From an uncultured Gammaproteobacteria bacterium (GTDB taxonomy: Bacteria; Pseudomonadota; Gammaproteobacteria; DRLM01), in contig CAWEOA010000002.1 of NCBI GenBank assembly GCA_963810615.1, positions 654,515 to 718,514 of the forward strand: a stretch of DNA of 64,000 nt, written 5' to 3'. Below are positions 1-11,330 of this stretch, piece by piece. The notes beneath the pieces were generated by a model. It was not told the DNA's origin. It was given only the letters and a program-made list of their open reading frames with translations, and did not search any database. Numbering within the stretch: position 1 is the stretch's first letter; the number at the start of each line of letters is the position of its first letter. Made by a program: the position numbers and the translations under genes.

Positions 1-411
1 GCACCCGCTATACCGCGCTCGGTGGAGATCGAAAAGCCGCGCGCCGACATGGAACAATTGTTCCCACACGCCGATGTACTGCTGTTCTCGCGCCACTTCG
101 CCACTAGCCGCGGTTACGATGACCCGCAACGCTTCCTGGACGACATCGCCCGCCAGACACCCGCCGTCACACGGACCTTGGCGTGGGGCGAGGCCGGTGC
201 CTATGCCCTGGACCGCGACGGTCGCCTGTTTCACAGCCCGGCCTACCCACCGCCGCAACTGGTCGATACCCTCGGCGCCGGCGATACCTTCAACGCCGGC
301 ATCATCGACGCCCTGCTGCGCGGCATGGCCCTCGCCGAAGCGCTGCAGCGGGCCTGCCAACTCGCGGGCCGCAAATGCGGACAGCCGGGCTTCGATTTTA
401 TTACTCCGTAG
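1..411 (+). CDS. pfkB-family carbohydrate kinase, C-terminal fragment (5' end lies outside the window)
   Basis: The frame is open from the window edge. The C-terminal DTLGAGDTFNAGII anion-hole motif is typical of ribokinase/pfkB sugar kinases. Confidence 0.7.
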   Translation, partial: APAIPRSVEIEKPRADMEQLFPHADVLLFSRHFATSRGYDDPQRFLDDIARQTPAVTRTLAWGEAGAYALDRDGRLFHSPAYPPPQLVDTLGAGDTFNAGIIDALLRGMALAEALQRACQLAGRKCGQPGFDFITP

Positions 412-424
412 CAGACGGCGGCGC

Positions 425-1182
425 TCAGGTCTTGAGCCGGTAGCCGGTCTTGAACATCCACCACACCGCCAGCAGACACAGCGTCAGGAACACCAAGGTC
501 ATGACCAGGCTGACACCGGCGCTGATGTCGGAGACATCGTAAAAGCTCCAGCGAAAACCGCTGATCAGATAGACCACCGGATTGAATAAGGTGATCTTCT
601 GCCACAGCGGCGGCAACATGCTGATGGAATAGAAGCTGCCGCCGAGAAAGGTCAGCGGCGTGACGATCATCAAGGGCACGATCTGCAGCTTTTCGAAACC
701 GTCCGCCCAGATGCCGATGATGAAGCCGAACAGGCTGAAGGTCACGGCGGTAAGCACCAGAAAACCGAGCATCCACACCGGGTGCGCGATATGGTAGTCG
801 ACGAAAAACCGTGCCGTGATCAGGATCAGGATTCCCAGGATGATCGACTTGGAGGCCGCGGCGCCCACATAACCGACCACGATCTCGACAGTGGAGACCG
901 GCGCCGACAGCACTTCGTAGATCGTCCCGGTAAACTTGGGAAAGTAGATGCCGAAGGAGGCATTGGAAATACTCTCGTTCAACAGCGACAGCATGATCAA
1001 GCCGGGTATGATGAAGGCCCCGTAGCTGACCCCGTCGATCGCGCCCACCCGAGAGCCGATCGCCGCCCCGAACACTACGAAGTACAAGGATGTGGACAGC
1101 ACCGGCGAGGCGATGCTCTGCATCAATGTCCGCCAGGTGCGGGCCATTTCAAAAAGATAGATGGCGCGGATGGCATACAGGT

Positions 1183-1186
<4 letters not shown>
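425..1186 (-). CDS. yadH: ABC-2 type transporter permease (YadH-like)
   Basis: This is a 253-aa polytopic membrane protein that aligns by eye along its full length with E. coli YadH. Its stop overlaps the upstream ATPase gene by 4 nt. Confidence 0.85.
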
Positions 1187-2109
<923 letters not shown>

Positions 2110-2311
2110 ACGCCCCCCCTGTAATGCAGATAAAACCGTCGCGAACGCCTGCCGGATTATAAAGCATTAGTGATTCAAGAGACGTGGCAGGATTTATTCT
2201 CGCCATTGCGTGCCGATGTGAGAATATTAAGGTGGGCGGCGGCGATTACCGATCTTTCAGAAGAATAAGGCGCTTTGACTCTCCGCCAAGCTGGCTTGAC
2301 CGTCCGAAGCT

Positions 2312-3106
2312 CTAAACCACAATTTTCTGAATCAGCTTCTTTATCAAGGCGGACTCGAACGGCTTATCCACGATGGCGGACACCCCGAGCTGGTCCACGG
2401 CCGCAAGACGACCCATATCCGTCTCGGACGTCACCATCATGACCGGCGTGTCCGCATACTTTTCCTTGCTGCGGATAAAGCCGATCAATTCTTTGCCATC
2501 CATCTCCGGCATGTTGTAGTCGGTCAAGATCAGATCGTAATTGTTTTGTTCGAGCAAAGGCATGGCCGCTTTGCCGTTTTCGGCCTGGGTAATATTAACT
2601 ATCCCCAAGTTACGCAATGTCTTGAGGATATGCTGGCGGGAAAAGCGGCTGTCGTCGACCACCAGGACAGCAAGTTCTGCGGGATTATATCTTTCCAGTT
2701 CGAGTTGTTCCGGTTCTATGTAATCCAGCGTGGTGGCCAGGGCCTTTTTCAGCTGTTCGTATTCAAACGGTTTGGGCAGGATGGCAACGGCCCCGGCCTG
2801 GCGCACCGGATCCAGGTAGCGGATATTGGTTTCACTGGAGATGAGAATGAAGGCGATATCGCGCAGGTCTTCTTGAGCACGCATGGTTTCGATCAACTCG
2901 ACCCCGGTCATATCGGGCAAATGCATGGCGCTGATGACCAGATCGGGTTTGCGCTTCGCCATGGCCTGCAGCGCGCTCTGACCGTTTTCCACGCAATCCA
3001 GGTGCTGGATGGCCGATACGGTCAGATACTCGCGGATGATGTGGCTCTGCGTCGAAGAAGGTTCGACCAAAACAACGACCAGTTGCTCGAGATTGGCTGC
3101 TTTCAT
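2312..3106 (-). CDS. response regulator made of two receiver domains and no output domain (N-terminal degenerate pseudo-receiver plus canonical REC)
   Basis: The second domain has the canonical LVVDDS...LILTDYNMPEMDG...KPF receiver motifs. The first domain has the same fold pattern but EP in place of the acidic DD pair and no obvious phospho-acceptor Asp. The ATG at 3106 (MKAAN) is preceded by a GGGAG SD. Confidence 0.8.
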   Translation of the reverse strand: MKAANLEQLVVVLVEPSSTQSHIIREYLTVSAIQHLDCVENGQSALQAMAKRKPDLVISAMHLPDMTGVELIETMRAQEDLRDIAFILISSETNIRYLDPVRQAGAVAILPKPFEYEQLKKALATTLDYIEPEQLELERYNPAELAVLVVDDSRFSRQHILKTLRNLGIVNITQAENGKAAMPLLEQNNYDLILTDYNMPEMDGKELIGFIRSKEKYADTPVMMVTSETDMGRLAAVDQLGVSAIVDKPFESALIKKLIQKIVV

Positions 3107-3282
3107 GAGGCTCCCTGATGTCTGTCCATATAGTAGTGGCATGTGCTTGCGCTCCCGGCCGTTAGCCCTACGGCTGCCATTCGGCACATATCTATATCGA
3201 ATCGTTCAGGATTTTAATTAACCGGCCTCGTTCCTACCCGCCCGTATGCGGTTTACCGGGGGATGTTTGGAACCGCCGCCGA

Positions 3283-4536
3283 CTACGGCCCGGACGTTTC
3301 CAAGCGGTCGGCCCGGCGCAAGGCCGGAAACAGTTTGGCCCATATGGCGGTCACGGCGATGGAACCGATGCCGCCCAGCAGCGCCGAGCCGACCGGGCCC
3401 AGCAAGCGTGCCGCCACCCCGCTCTCGAATTCGCCCAGTTCGTTCGAGGCGCTGATGAACATCCCCGACACGGCGGAAACACGACCGCGCATCAGGTCCG
3501 GCGTCACCACCTGCACCAGGCTCTGACGAATGAAGACCGAGATGACATCCGCCGCACCCAGCACGACCAAGGCGGCCATGGACAGCATCAGATCCCGGGA
3601 AACGGCAAAGACGATGGTCGCAAGACCGAAGACCACTACCGCCCATAGCATCCACGCACCCGCGTAGCGGTGAATAGGTCTGAAGCTCAGCAGCAAGGCC
3701 ATCAAGCCGCCGCCTATCGCCGGCCCGGAACGCAATAGGCCGAAGCCATGCGGCCCGACGCTGAGAATATCGTGGGCATAAACGGGCAACAGCGCCGTCA
3801 CCCCGCCGAGCAACACGGCGACCAGGTCCAGGGAGATGGCGCCGAACACGACCTTGTTCGACCAGATATAGGCCAGACCCTCGCGGATCATGGCCATTCG
3901 CGAAGCGCCGTTATGCACCGGCCGGGTATTGCCGCGTATCGACGTGAAGGCGGTGAGCGCCAACAGATACGAGCCGGCCGCAACGGCGTAGGAAAGCGAG
4001 ATGGAAACGGCGCACAGCACCCCACCCAGCCACGGCCCCAGGATCATGCCCCCCTGGCTGCCGAGAGAACTCCAGGCGATGGCTCGCGGCAGCAACTCGA
4101 TGGAAACCAGCATCGGCCCCAGCGCGCTGGCTGTCGGGATGATGAAGGCGCGCGCCACCCCGAACAGGGCCGCGACGGCAAAAATCAGCACCAAAGGAGG
4201 ATGTGCCGACCAGGCGATGGCGGCCAGCGCGGCGGCGCATAACAGCTGCAGCAAGGTTGCAGCGAGCAGAATCTTACGCCGGTCGTAACGATCCGCCGCC
4301 GCCCCGGCCAGCAAACTCAAGGCGAACAGCGGCAAAAACTGCACCAGCCCGACCATTCCCACCAGGAATGCGCTTTGTTCGACACTGTGACTCAGGCGCG
4401 CAATGGTATAGACCTGCCACCCCAGGGTAACGCTCATGGTGAAAGTGCCGAGCGTGGAGAGAAAACGACCTAGCCAGAACTTGGCAAAATAACCGTGGCG
4501 AAAAACCTGGAGGGAAGAATTCAAGGAAGCATGCAA
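3283..4536 (-). CDS. MFS transporter
   Basis: The 417-aa product has about 12 hydrophobic segments and the GRxxDRxGRR-like loop motif (DRYDRRKIL) between TM2 and TM3. Confidence 0.8.
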   Translation of the reverse strand: MHASLNSSLQVFRHGYFAKFWLGRFLSTLGTFTMSVTLGWQVYTIARLSHSVEQSAFLVGMVGLVQFLPLFALSLLAGAAADRYDRRKILLAATLLQLLCAAALAAIAWSAHPPLVLIFAVAALFGVARAFIIPTASALGPMLVSIELLPRAIAWSSLGSQGGMILGPWLGGVLCAVSISLSYAVAAGSYLLALTAFTSIRGNTRPVHNGASRMAMIREGLAYIWSNKVVFGAISLDLVAVLLGGVTALLPVYAHDILSVGPHGFGLLRSGPAIGGGLMALLLSFRPIHRYAGAWMLWAVVVFGLATIVFAVSRDLMLSMAALVVLGAADVISVFIRQSLVQVVTPDLMRGRVSAVSGMFISASNELGEFESGVAARLLGPVGSALLGGIGSIAVTAIWAKLFPALRRADRLETSGP

Positions 4537-4682
4537 AAGATGTACATCCGGGCTGAAGAATGAGGGTTCGTTATTTCAAGCACTGACAAGACACACGAGG
4601 AAGCACGCGGGCAGGCGCATAGATTGCGGCCGAGCTTCCCCCCACCCCGACATCAACGTAAAATAAAATTATACACTCATCC

Positions 4683-5075
4683 TTGAATACCATGATCGAG
4701 ATCTACGACCGCCGCGGCTTCACCCTGCTCTTGTCCGTGGACGGCGATACGCTGCAAGGCGCACAGCTGGCGGGCGCCGACCTTAACGATGCCAACCTGG
4801 TACAGGTGGATTTGCGCCATGCCGATTTGAGCGGCGCCGGTCTGCGTGATGCGGATCTGCGCCTCGCCAAGCTGTCCCAGGCCAAGCTCGGCGGCGCCGA
4901 TCTGAACGGTGCAGATCTTTCCAGGGCAAATCTGGAAGGTGCCGACCTGCGCGGCGCCAAGTTACTCGGCGCCAAGCTGACGGGAGCCGAGTTGCGCGGT
5001 GCCACTATCGAACGCAAGGCCCTGCTTACCGCGGACAGCCGCGACGCGCGACTGGAAGAGGCCATCATCGTTTGA
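4683..5075 (+). CDS. pentapeptide-repeat protein
   Basis: The product consists of contiguous A(D/N)LxxA(D/N)L pentapeptide repeats, for example GADLNDANLVQVDLRHADLSGAGLRDADL. Confidence 0.85.
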   Translation: MNTMIEIYDRRGFTLLLSVDGDTLQGAQLAGADLNDANLVQVDLRHADLSGAGLRDADLRLAKLSQAKLGGADLNGADLSRANLEGADLRGAKLLGAKLTGAELRGATIERKALLTADSRDARLEEAIIV

Positions 5076-5092
5076 GCTGCGTAACAAGCATT

Positions 5093-5167
5093 CACCGCAA
5101 AGACGCAAAGAATGCAGAAAAAATCCAAATATCAAATTTTTGCGGCCTTTGCGCCTTTGCGGTGAAT
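5093..5167. terminator. imperfect 19-nt inverted repeat between convergent genes; putative bidirectional terminator
   Basis: tcaccgcaaagacgcaaag and ctttgcgcctttgcggtga are reverse complements with one mismatch. They lie in the 111-bp gap between two convergent stop codons. Confidence 0.4.
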
Positions 5168-5186
5168 AGATTTTGCTTTTACTTAG

Positions 5187-6596
5187 CTATGACTTGAGTT
5201 TGAGGCTGACCAGATCCAGCTCGGCACCATGGGCGGGCGTGAACACCTGCTGCGCGCCTTGTGACTTGAGCCGTGCGGCGAAGGGATCCATGGCCTGGGG
5301 TTCGCCATGTACCAGGACCACCGGTGGCCGCGCGCTGAAACCTCCGTACCACTCGGCGAGGCCGTTGCAATCGGCGTGGGCGGAGAAGCCACCGATGGTA
5401 CGGATTTTCGCCGCTACGCGGATGGCCTCGCCCCACAGATGAATGGTGTCGATCCCCTCCACCAGCGCGCGTCCCAGTGTCCCCCGCGCTTGAAAGCCCA
5501 CGATCAACACCTGACACTTGCGGCGCCAAATATTGTGCTTGAAATGGTGTTTGATGCGCCCGCCCTCGCACATACCGCTGCCGGCGATGATAATGGCGCC
5601 GGACTCGACGCGGTTGATGCCCATAGATTGCTGGGCGGTACGGGTAAAGCGCAGGTTGGGCAATTCAAAGATATCGCCGTTGTGACGGCGCTCGTTGCGG
5701 GCCTCACGATCGAACAGTTCGTAATGACGGCCGTAGACCTCGGTGGCCTGGATGGCCATGGGGCTGTCGAGAAAGATCGCCCAGCGATCCAAATTCCAGC
5801 GCTCGTAATTGCGCTTGAAGGCGTATAACAGTTCCTGAGTGCGTCCCACGGCGAAGGCGGGGATCAATATATTGCCCCGCCCCTGTTGCATGACGGTGAA
5901 TACCTCATCCAATTCCGCCCAGGTATCATCCCAGGAGCGGTGGGCGCGATCGCCGTAGGTGCTTTCCATTACCACCAGGTCGGCCTCGCTCACCACCGCA
6001 GGATCGCGCAGGATCGGCGCGCCTTTGTGGCCGAGGTCGCCGCTGAAGACGATCTTGCGCCGCACGCCGCCCTCTTCCAGCCACAGCTCAACGATGGCCG
6101 AACCCAGGATGTGGCCGGCATCCTGTAAGCACAGCGTGACGCCTTTCATGATCTCGAGGCTTTCACCGTATTCGACGGTCTTGAAGCGGCGCATCGCCGT
6201 CTGCGCATCGGTCATGGTATAGAGGGGCTCCAACAGCGGCAGGTGTTTGCGCTGGCGCTTGCGGTTCTCCCACTCCACATCCTTCTCATTGAGATAGCCG
6301 GCATCCTTAAGCATGATGCGCGCCAGATCCCGGCTGGCGGAATGAGTATAGATAGGGCCGCGATAGCCGGCCTTCACCAGCAGGGGTATGCGCCCGGAAT
6401 GATCCAGATGAGCGTGGGTGAGGATCACCGCATCGAGTTGATGTACATCGAAGGGAAACGGCGCGCGATTACGCTCCTCATCCGCCGGCTCGCCCTGCAC
6501 CAATCCGCATTCCACCAGCAGTCGGCGCCCGTTGACCTCGATGAGGTAACAGGAACCGGTCACCTCGCGGGTCGCCCCCCAGAATTCGATCTTCAT
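5187..6596 (-). CDS. MBL-fold metallo-hydrolase of the beta-CASP RNA-metabolising family (RNase J/CPSF-like)
   Basis: It has the HAHLDHSG metallo-beta-lactamase motif near the N-terminus. The 469-aa length and C-terminal region are typical of beta-CASP enzymes. Confidence 0.8.
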   Translation of the reverse strand: MKIEFWGATREVTGSCYLIEVNGRRLLVECGLVQGEPADEERNRAPFPFDVHQLDAVILTHAHLDHSGRIPLLVKAGYRGPIYTHSASRDLARIMLKDAGYLNEKDVEWENRKRQRKHLPLLEPLYTMTDAQTAMRRFKTVEYGESLEIMKGVTLCLQDAGHILGSAIVELWLEEGGVRRKIVFSGDLGHKGAPILRDPAVVSEADLVVMESTYGDRAHRSWDDTWAELDEVFTVMQQGRGNILIPAFAVGRTQELLYAFKRNYERWNLDRWAIFLDSPMAIQATEVYGRHYELFDREARNERRHNGDIFELPNLRFTRTAQQSMGINRVESGAIIIAGSGMCEGGRIKHHFKHNIWRRKCQVLIVGFQARGTLGRALVEGIDTIHLWGEAIRVAAKIRTIGGFSAHADCNGLAEWYGGFSARPPVVLVHGEPQAMDPFAARLKSQGAQQVFTPAHGAELDLVSLKLKS

Positions 6597-6634
6597 GCCC
6601 AGGCTACTCGTTGTCGTTATCGTTCACTGAGAAT

Positions 6635-7093
6635 TCACATCATCAAGCGCCCGCCGCCGGCCATGACGACCACCATCAATCCGATGATCAGATTGATCCC
6701 GACCATGCGTCGGATCTGCGCCAGCTGCTTGCCGCCCGCCTCCCAGTCCTGCTCGCTCACCGCCCGCTTCAGTCGGCGAAACGGCGCGAAAAATATATGG
6801 CCGAAGATCGCCATCATGATCAAGCCCATGGCCTGCATGAGATGCACAAATATAGGCGTGTTGGCCATGGAGCCGAACATACCGAACATCATAGGATAGC
6901 CGGTCAACAACAAACTGATCACGGCAAACCACACCCAGGGGAAAAATCCGGTGAATACCCGCGCCCACAGGGTAAGGCGCTGCGGCGGTTCCAGTGTTGC
7001 CGCCGCCATCGGCCGCAACACCATATAGGCGAAGAACATACCGCCCACCCACACCGTCGCCGCCAATAGATGCAACATCAAGGCGATTGCCAT
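6635..7093 (-). CDS. small integral membrane protein (CopD-like), about 4 TM helices
   Basis: The 152-aa product has four hydrophobic helices. The family assignment is from memory only. Confidence 0.5.
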   Translation of the reverse strand: MAIALMLHLLAATVWVGGMFFAYMVLRPMAAATLEPPQRLTLWARVFTGFFPWVWFAVISLLLTGYPMMFGMFGSMANTPIFVHLMQAMGLIMMAIFGHIFFAPFRRLKRAVSEQDWEAGGKQLAQIRRMVGINLIIGLMVVVMAGGGRLMM

Positions 7094-7176
7094 CAGCTTG
7101 TCCTTTCTTGGTTAGCACTCCGTGCGCCGGAGATTAACGCATTTCGCTGCTGGTCTAAAACGCACAGCCTATTTCT

Positions 7177-10100
7177 TCATGCGTCGAGCACGGCCCAGTG
7201 CTGTTGCAAGCGCTTCACCGACACCGGCACCGCGGTCTTCAGCTCCTGAGCGAACAATGATACACGCAGTTCCTCCAGCAGCCAGCGAAAGTCCTCCAGG
7301 GCGGGAGCGGCACTACCGAGCTTGCGCTGTTTCTCGGCACGCTGCAAATAGACCTGCCACAGCGGCGCAAGCTGTGCCAGCAAGGGGCCGTCCCGTCCGG
7401 CATGCTGTTCAAGCTTGGTGAGCCGCAGGTCCACGGCCTTGAGATAGCGCGGCAGATGGCGCAACTGCCCGTAAGGTGTGGCGGTGACAAAGCCGGAATA
7501 GATGAGATGCCGCAGCTGCTCCTGGATGTCGCTCAGGGATTTCAGCCACGCCGGCTTTACCGCGCCTTTGAGGCGTTTGAGCAATGCATGATAAACCGCC
7601 AGGGTCTCGGCCACCCAGGCGCAAAGTTCATTGGCGACGGGGATAAGCCGGGCCAGGCCCGCCTCCTTGATTTCCTCGAACTGCGCGCGGCTGCGCGGCA
7701 AGGCCCGGTCACCGAGAAAGGCCTGTTCGGTGATGGCGGAAAGCAGGTCGGACTTGAGGACTGCGCAATCACCGACACTCGCGTAATGCAGACACATGCT
7801 CTGGATACCCGGCAGATTCTTTTCCAGATATTTGATCCGTTCCCGCGCCTGCAACATATATAAGCGCCGCACGCCGCCGCGCAGGGCGGTCTCGGCCTTG
7901 GCGAGCGAATCCAGGAGGCGCAGGGACACGCCGCCTTTTTCCTCCACCAGGGCCGGATAACCGACGAGGCTCATTCCGTGGCGTTCGAATTCCACCTGTT
8001 CCGGCAATTCGCCGAAATCCCACTCCGTCACCTGCTCGCGCTCGAAATCACTGCTGGGCAGCTGAGCGAAGGTCGCGGCGGCCTGCTCCCCTTGCTCGCC
8101 TTGCAAGCGCGCCACGTCCCGGCCCATGGCAACGACCGTCTCGCCGTCGCCCCTCACCACCTTGACGTTCATGCGCAGATGCAGCGGCAAAGCGTCTTCC
8201 TGCCAGGCATCGGCGGGGATGGTGACGCCGGTCATGCGCAATAACTGCCGGGCCAGCACCTCGCACAACGCACCCTCTCCCGCCGCCACAGCCTGTAGAC
8301 AGGCATCGGCGAAGTTAGGCGCGGGCACGAAATTACGCCGCAAGGCCTTGGGCAGGGTCTTCAACAGGGCGATGATCTTGTCGCGCAACAGCCCCGGCAC
8401 CAGCCATTGCACTTGTTCCGGGCGCAGTTGATTGAGCAGGGCGAGGGGCACGGTCACCGTCACACCGTCCAAGGGGTGGCCGGGCTCGAAATGATAGCTC
8501 AAGGGCAGGCGCATGCCGGCGATGTTGAGGTGATCCGGGAACTGTTCGGCACTGACCTCCGCGGCGCCGCGCTGCATGAGGTATTTCTTGCTGAGCAGCA
8601 GACGCTGCGGATCCTCGCGCTCCGCCTCTCTGCGCCAGCGCTCGAAGCGGCGTCCGTCGCAAATATCGGCGGGGATGCGCTCGGCGTAGAATTCATAGAG
8701 GGTCTGTTCATCCACCAGGATATCGCGGCGCCGCGCCTTGTGTTCCAGGTCTTCCACATCGTGGATCGCCGCCTGGTTGTGGGCGAAGAACGGCGCACGG
8801 GTTTCGTACTCGCCGGCCACCAGGGCGCTGCGGATGAAGATCTCGCGGCTGAGCTTGGGATCGATGCGCCCGTAGTGGATCTTGCGCCGCGGGATGAGGG
8901 GCAAGCCATAGAGGCTGACCCGCTCAAAACCCATGACCGCCTGTTGCGACTTCTCCCAGTGGGGATCGAAGTAATGACGTTTCACCAGATGGGCGGCGAG
9001 CTGCTCCACCCACTCGGGTTCGATCTTGGCCACGGTGCGCGCATAGAGGCGGGTGGTCTCCACTAGTTCCGCCGCCATCAGCCACTTGGGAGACTTCTTG
9101 AACAAGGCCGAGCCGGGGAAGATATGGAACCGGGTACCGCGCGCCCCGAGATAATCTCGCTCCTCGCCCTTGCAGCCGATGTTGCCCAGCAAGCCGGCCA
9201 ACAGGGCACGGTGGATCGGCTCATAATCGGCCGGTTGTTGGTTGAGGCGAAAACCCATGGGCTTTACCAGACTCAGCAATTGCGAATGGACATCGCGCCA
9301 GTCCTGGATGCGCACATAGGAAAGAAAATTTTCCCGGCAGTACTTGCGCAGCTTGTTGTTGCTCAAATGGCGCGCCTGCTCATGATAGTGTTCCCACAGT
9401 TTGAGATAGGCGAGGAAGTCGGAACGCTCATCGGCGTAACGCGCGTGTTTCTGGTCGGCGGCCTGCTGCGCCTCCAACGGCCGCTCGCGGGGATCCTGCA
9501 CCGCCAGGGCGGAGGCGATGATCAGGATCTCGGCTAGACATTGCTCCCGGCGCGCGGCGAGGATCATGCGCCCGATACGCGGATCCACCGGCAATTTGAC
9601 CAGGTCGCGCCCCAAGGGCGTCAAGCGCCGCGCCTTTACAGGCCCGGCAGGGGATGGCTTGTCGTCCACCGCCCCCAGTTCTATCAGGGTTTGATAACCG
9701 TCCTTGATGAGCCGTGGATCGGGGGGATCGATGAAGGGGAAGCGCTCCACATCACCCAGGGCCAGCACCTCCATCTGCAGGATCACCGCCGCCAGATTGC
9801 TGCGCTGGATCTCGGGGGCGGTGAACGGCGGGCGGTTGCGATAATCCTCCTCCGCGTAGAGGCGCACGCATACCCCGGCGCTCACCCGGCCGCAGCGCCC
9901 GGCGCGCTGATTAGCGGAAGCCTGGGAGATGGGTTCGATGGGCAGGCGCTGCACCTTGGCGCGATGACTGTAGCGGCTGATGCGCGCCAGGCCGGTATCG
10001 ATGACGTAACGAATGCCGGGGACGGTGAGCGAGGTCTCCGCCACGTTGGTGGCAAGCACGATACGGCGCCCGGTGTGAGACTGAAACACCTTGTTCTGTT

Positions 10101-11082
10101 CGGCGGCGGACAACCGCGCATACAAGGGCAGGATCTCGGTGTGGGGCGGATGGTGTTTGCGCAAGGCCTCGGCGGTGGCGCGGATCTCCCGTTCACCGCT
10201 GAGGAAGATGAGGATGTCGCCGCGATCGATACGGCCCAACTCGTCCACCGCATCGAGTATCGCCTGCTGCATGTCGCGATCGCGGCCGTCTTCGTCCTCG
10301 GCCAGCAAGGGACGGTAGCGCATCTCCACCGGATACATGCGTCCCGAGACCTCGATGATGGGCGCACCGTCGAAATGTTGGGCGAAACGCTGCGGATCGA
10401 TAGTGGCCGAGGTGATGATCAGTTTGAGATCGGGACGCTTGGGCAGCAATTGCTTGAGATAGCCCAGGAGAAAATCGATATTGAGGCTGCGCTCGTGGGC
10501 CTCGTCTATGATCAGGGTATCGTAGTGATCCAGATAGCGGTCGTGCTGGGTCTCGGCAAGCAGGATACCGTCGGTCATCACCTTGATGTAGGCGTCGGGA
10601 CTGGTGTGGTCGCTGAAACGCACCTTGTAGCCCACAGTCGCGCCCATGGGCGTTGCCAGTTCCTCGGCGACCCGCGCCGCCACGGTGCGCGCCGCAATAC
10701 GACGCGGCTGGGTGTGGCCTATCATCCCCGCCACGCCGCGCCCCAGGCTCAGGCAGATCTTGGGCAGTTGGGTGGTCTTGCCCGAACCGGTCTCGCCGCA
10801 CACGATCACCACCTGGTGGCTGGCGATGGCCGCGGCCAGTTCCTCGCGGCGCGCCGATACCGGCAGCTCTTCGGGGAAGCCGGGAACGGGGAGTGCCGCC
10901 CGGCGCTGTGCACAGCGCGCCTTGGAGGCGGCGATCGCCGCATTCAAGGCCTGCCATGCCTCTTCGTCAGCCGAGCGCGCGCGCTGCAACTTGTGCAGGC
11001 GTCGGCGCAGACCGTGTTGATCGCGCCGCAGGCACAAGTCTATGTCCGCCATCAGGGATTTGAGGGTGTCTTGGCGATCCAC
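7177..11082 (-). CDS. hrpA: ATP-dependent RNA helicase HrpA (DEAH box)
   Basis: The 1301-aa product has GETGSGKTTQLPK (motif I), DEAHERSL (DEAH), TSATID and a long C-terminal HA2/OB/DUF3418-type extension. Its N-terminus resembles E. coli HrpA. Confidence 0.95.
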   Translation of the reverse strand: MDRQDTLKSLMADIDLCLRRDQHGLRRRLHKLQRARSADEEAWQALNAAIAASKARCAQRRAALPVPGFPEELPVSARREELAAAIASHQVVIVCGETGSGKTTQLPKICLSLGRGVAGMIGHTQPRRIAARTVAARVAEELATPMGATVGYKVRFSDHTSPDAYIKVMTDGILLAETQHDRYLDHYDTLIIDEAHERSLNIDFLLGYLKQLLPKRPDLKLIITSATIDPQRFAQHFDGAPIIEVSGRMYPVEMRYRPLLAEDEDGRDRDMQQAILDAVDELGRIDRGDILIFLSGEREIRATAEALRKHHPPHTEILPLYARLSAAEQNKVFQSHTGRRIVLATNVAETSLTVPGIRYVIDTGLARISRYSHRAKVQRLPIEPISQASANQRAGRCGRVSAGVCVRLYAEEDYRNRPPFTAPEIQRSNLAAVILQMEVLALGDVERFPFIDPPDPRLIKDGYQTLIELGAVDDKPSPAGPVKARRLTPLGRDLVKLPVDPRIGRMILAARREQCLAEILIIASALAVQDPRERPLEAQQAADQKHARYADERSDFLAYLKLWEHYHEQARHLSNNKLRKYCRENFLSYVRIQDWRDVHSQLLSLVKPMGFRLNQQPADYEPIHRALLAGLLGNIGCKGEERDYLGARGTRFHIFPGSALFKKSPKWLMAAELVETTRLYARTVAKIEPEWVEQLAAHLVKRHYFDPHWEKSQQAVMGFERVSLYGLPLIPRRKIHYGRIDPKLSREIFIRSALVAGEYETRAPFFAHNQAAIHDVEDLEHKARRRDILVDEQTLYEFYAERIPADICDGRRFERWRREAEREDPQRLLLSKKYLMQRGAAEVSAEQFPDHLNIAGMRLPLSYHFEPGHPLDGVTVTVPLALLNQLRPEQVQWLVPGLLRDKIIALLKTLPKALRRNFVPAPNFADACLQAVAAGEGALCEVLARQLLRMTGVTIPADAWQEDALPLHLRMNVKVVRGDGETVVAMGRDVARLQGEQGEQAAATFAQLPSSDFEREQVTEWDFGELPEQVEFERHGMSLVGYPALVEEKGGVSLRLLDSLAKAETALRGGVRRLYMLQARERIKYLEKNLPGIQSMCLHYASVGDCAVLKSDLLSAITEQAFLGDRALPRSRAQFEEIKEAGLARLIPVANELCAWVAETLAVYHALLKRLKGAVKPAWLKSLSDIQEQLRHLIYSGFVTATPYGQLRHLPRYLKAVDLRLTKLEQHAGRDGPLLAQLAPLWQVYLQRAEKQRKLGSAAPALEDFRWLLEELRVSLFAQELKTAVPVSVKRLQQHWAVLDA

Positions 11083-11330
11083 GGCAAGCGTTTCGTCATT
11101 CGTTTCGGGCTAAAGCCGGGTATTTTACGCGGCAAACACCGCTTGCGCATGCGGCGGGCGACATTCATCGTGCTTGCGTGCGTTTGGCGCCACAGCTGGG
11201 AAGTCCTTCGTGAGATCTTCCGCCACTTGCCCCGTGCTTCATGTTATAAAATGGCGTGCCGGCATGGCTATTCCGCAATCGCCGGCCCCTCGTATCAACA
11301 TCCGCAGCAGTAAGTCAGAAAGGATGGGCC

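Noticed and set aside
3218-3655. 145-aa minus-strand ORF and several 60-90-aa ORFs overlapping the MFS gene
   Set aside because: They fall in alternative frames of a well-supported transporter gene, with Gly/Arg-rich composition.
9541-11313. 590-aa plus-strand ORF overlapping hrpA on the opposite strand. Similar long antisense ORFs lie opposite sufD/sufC (45961-47607), inside hypF (37950-38882) and opposite the TPR-sulfotransferase genes.
   Set aside because: These translate to Arg/Gly/Ala/Pro-rich low-complexity sequences, lack RBSs, and lie opposite unmistakable conserved genes. They are long stop-free antisense frames typical of high-GC DNA.
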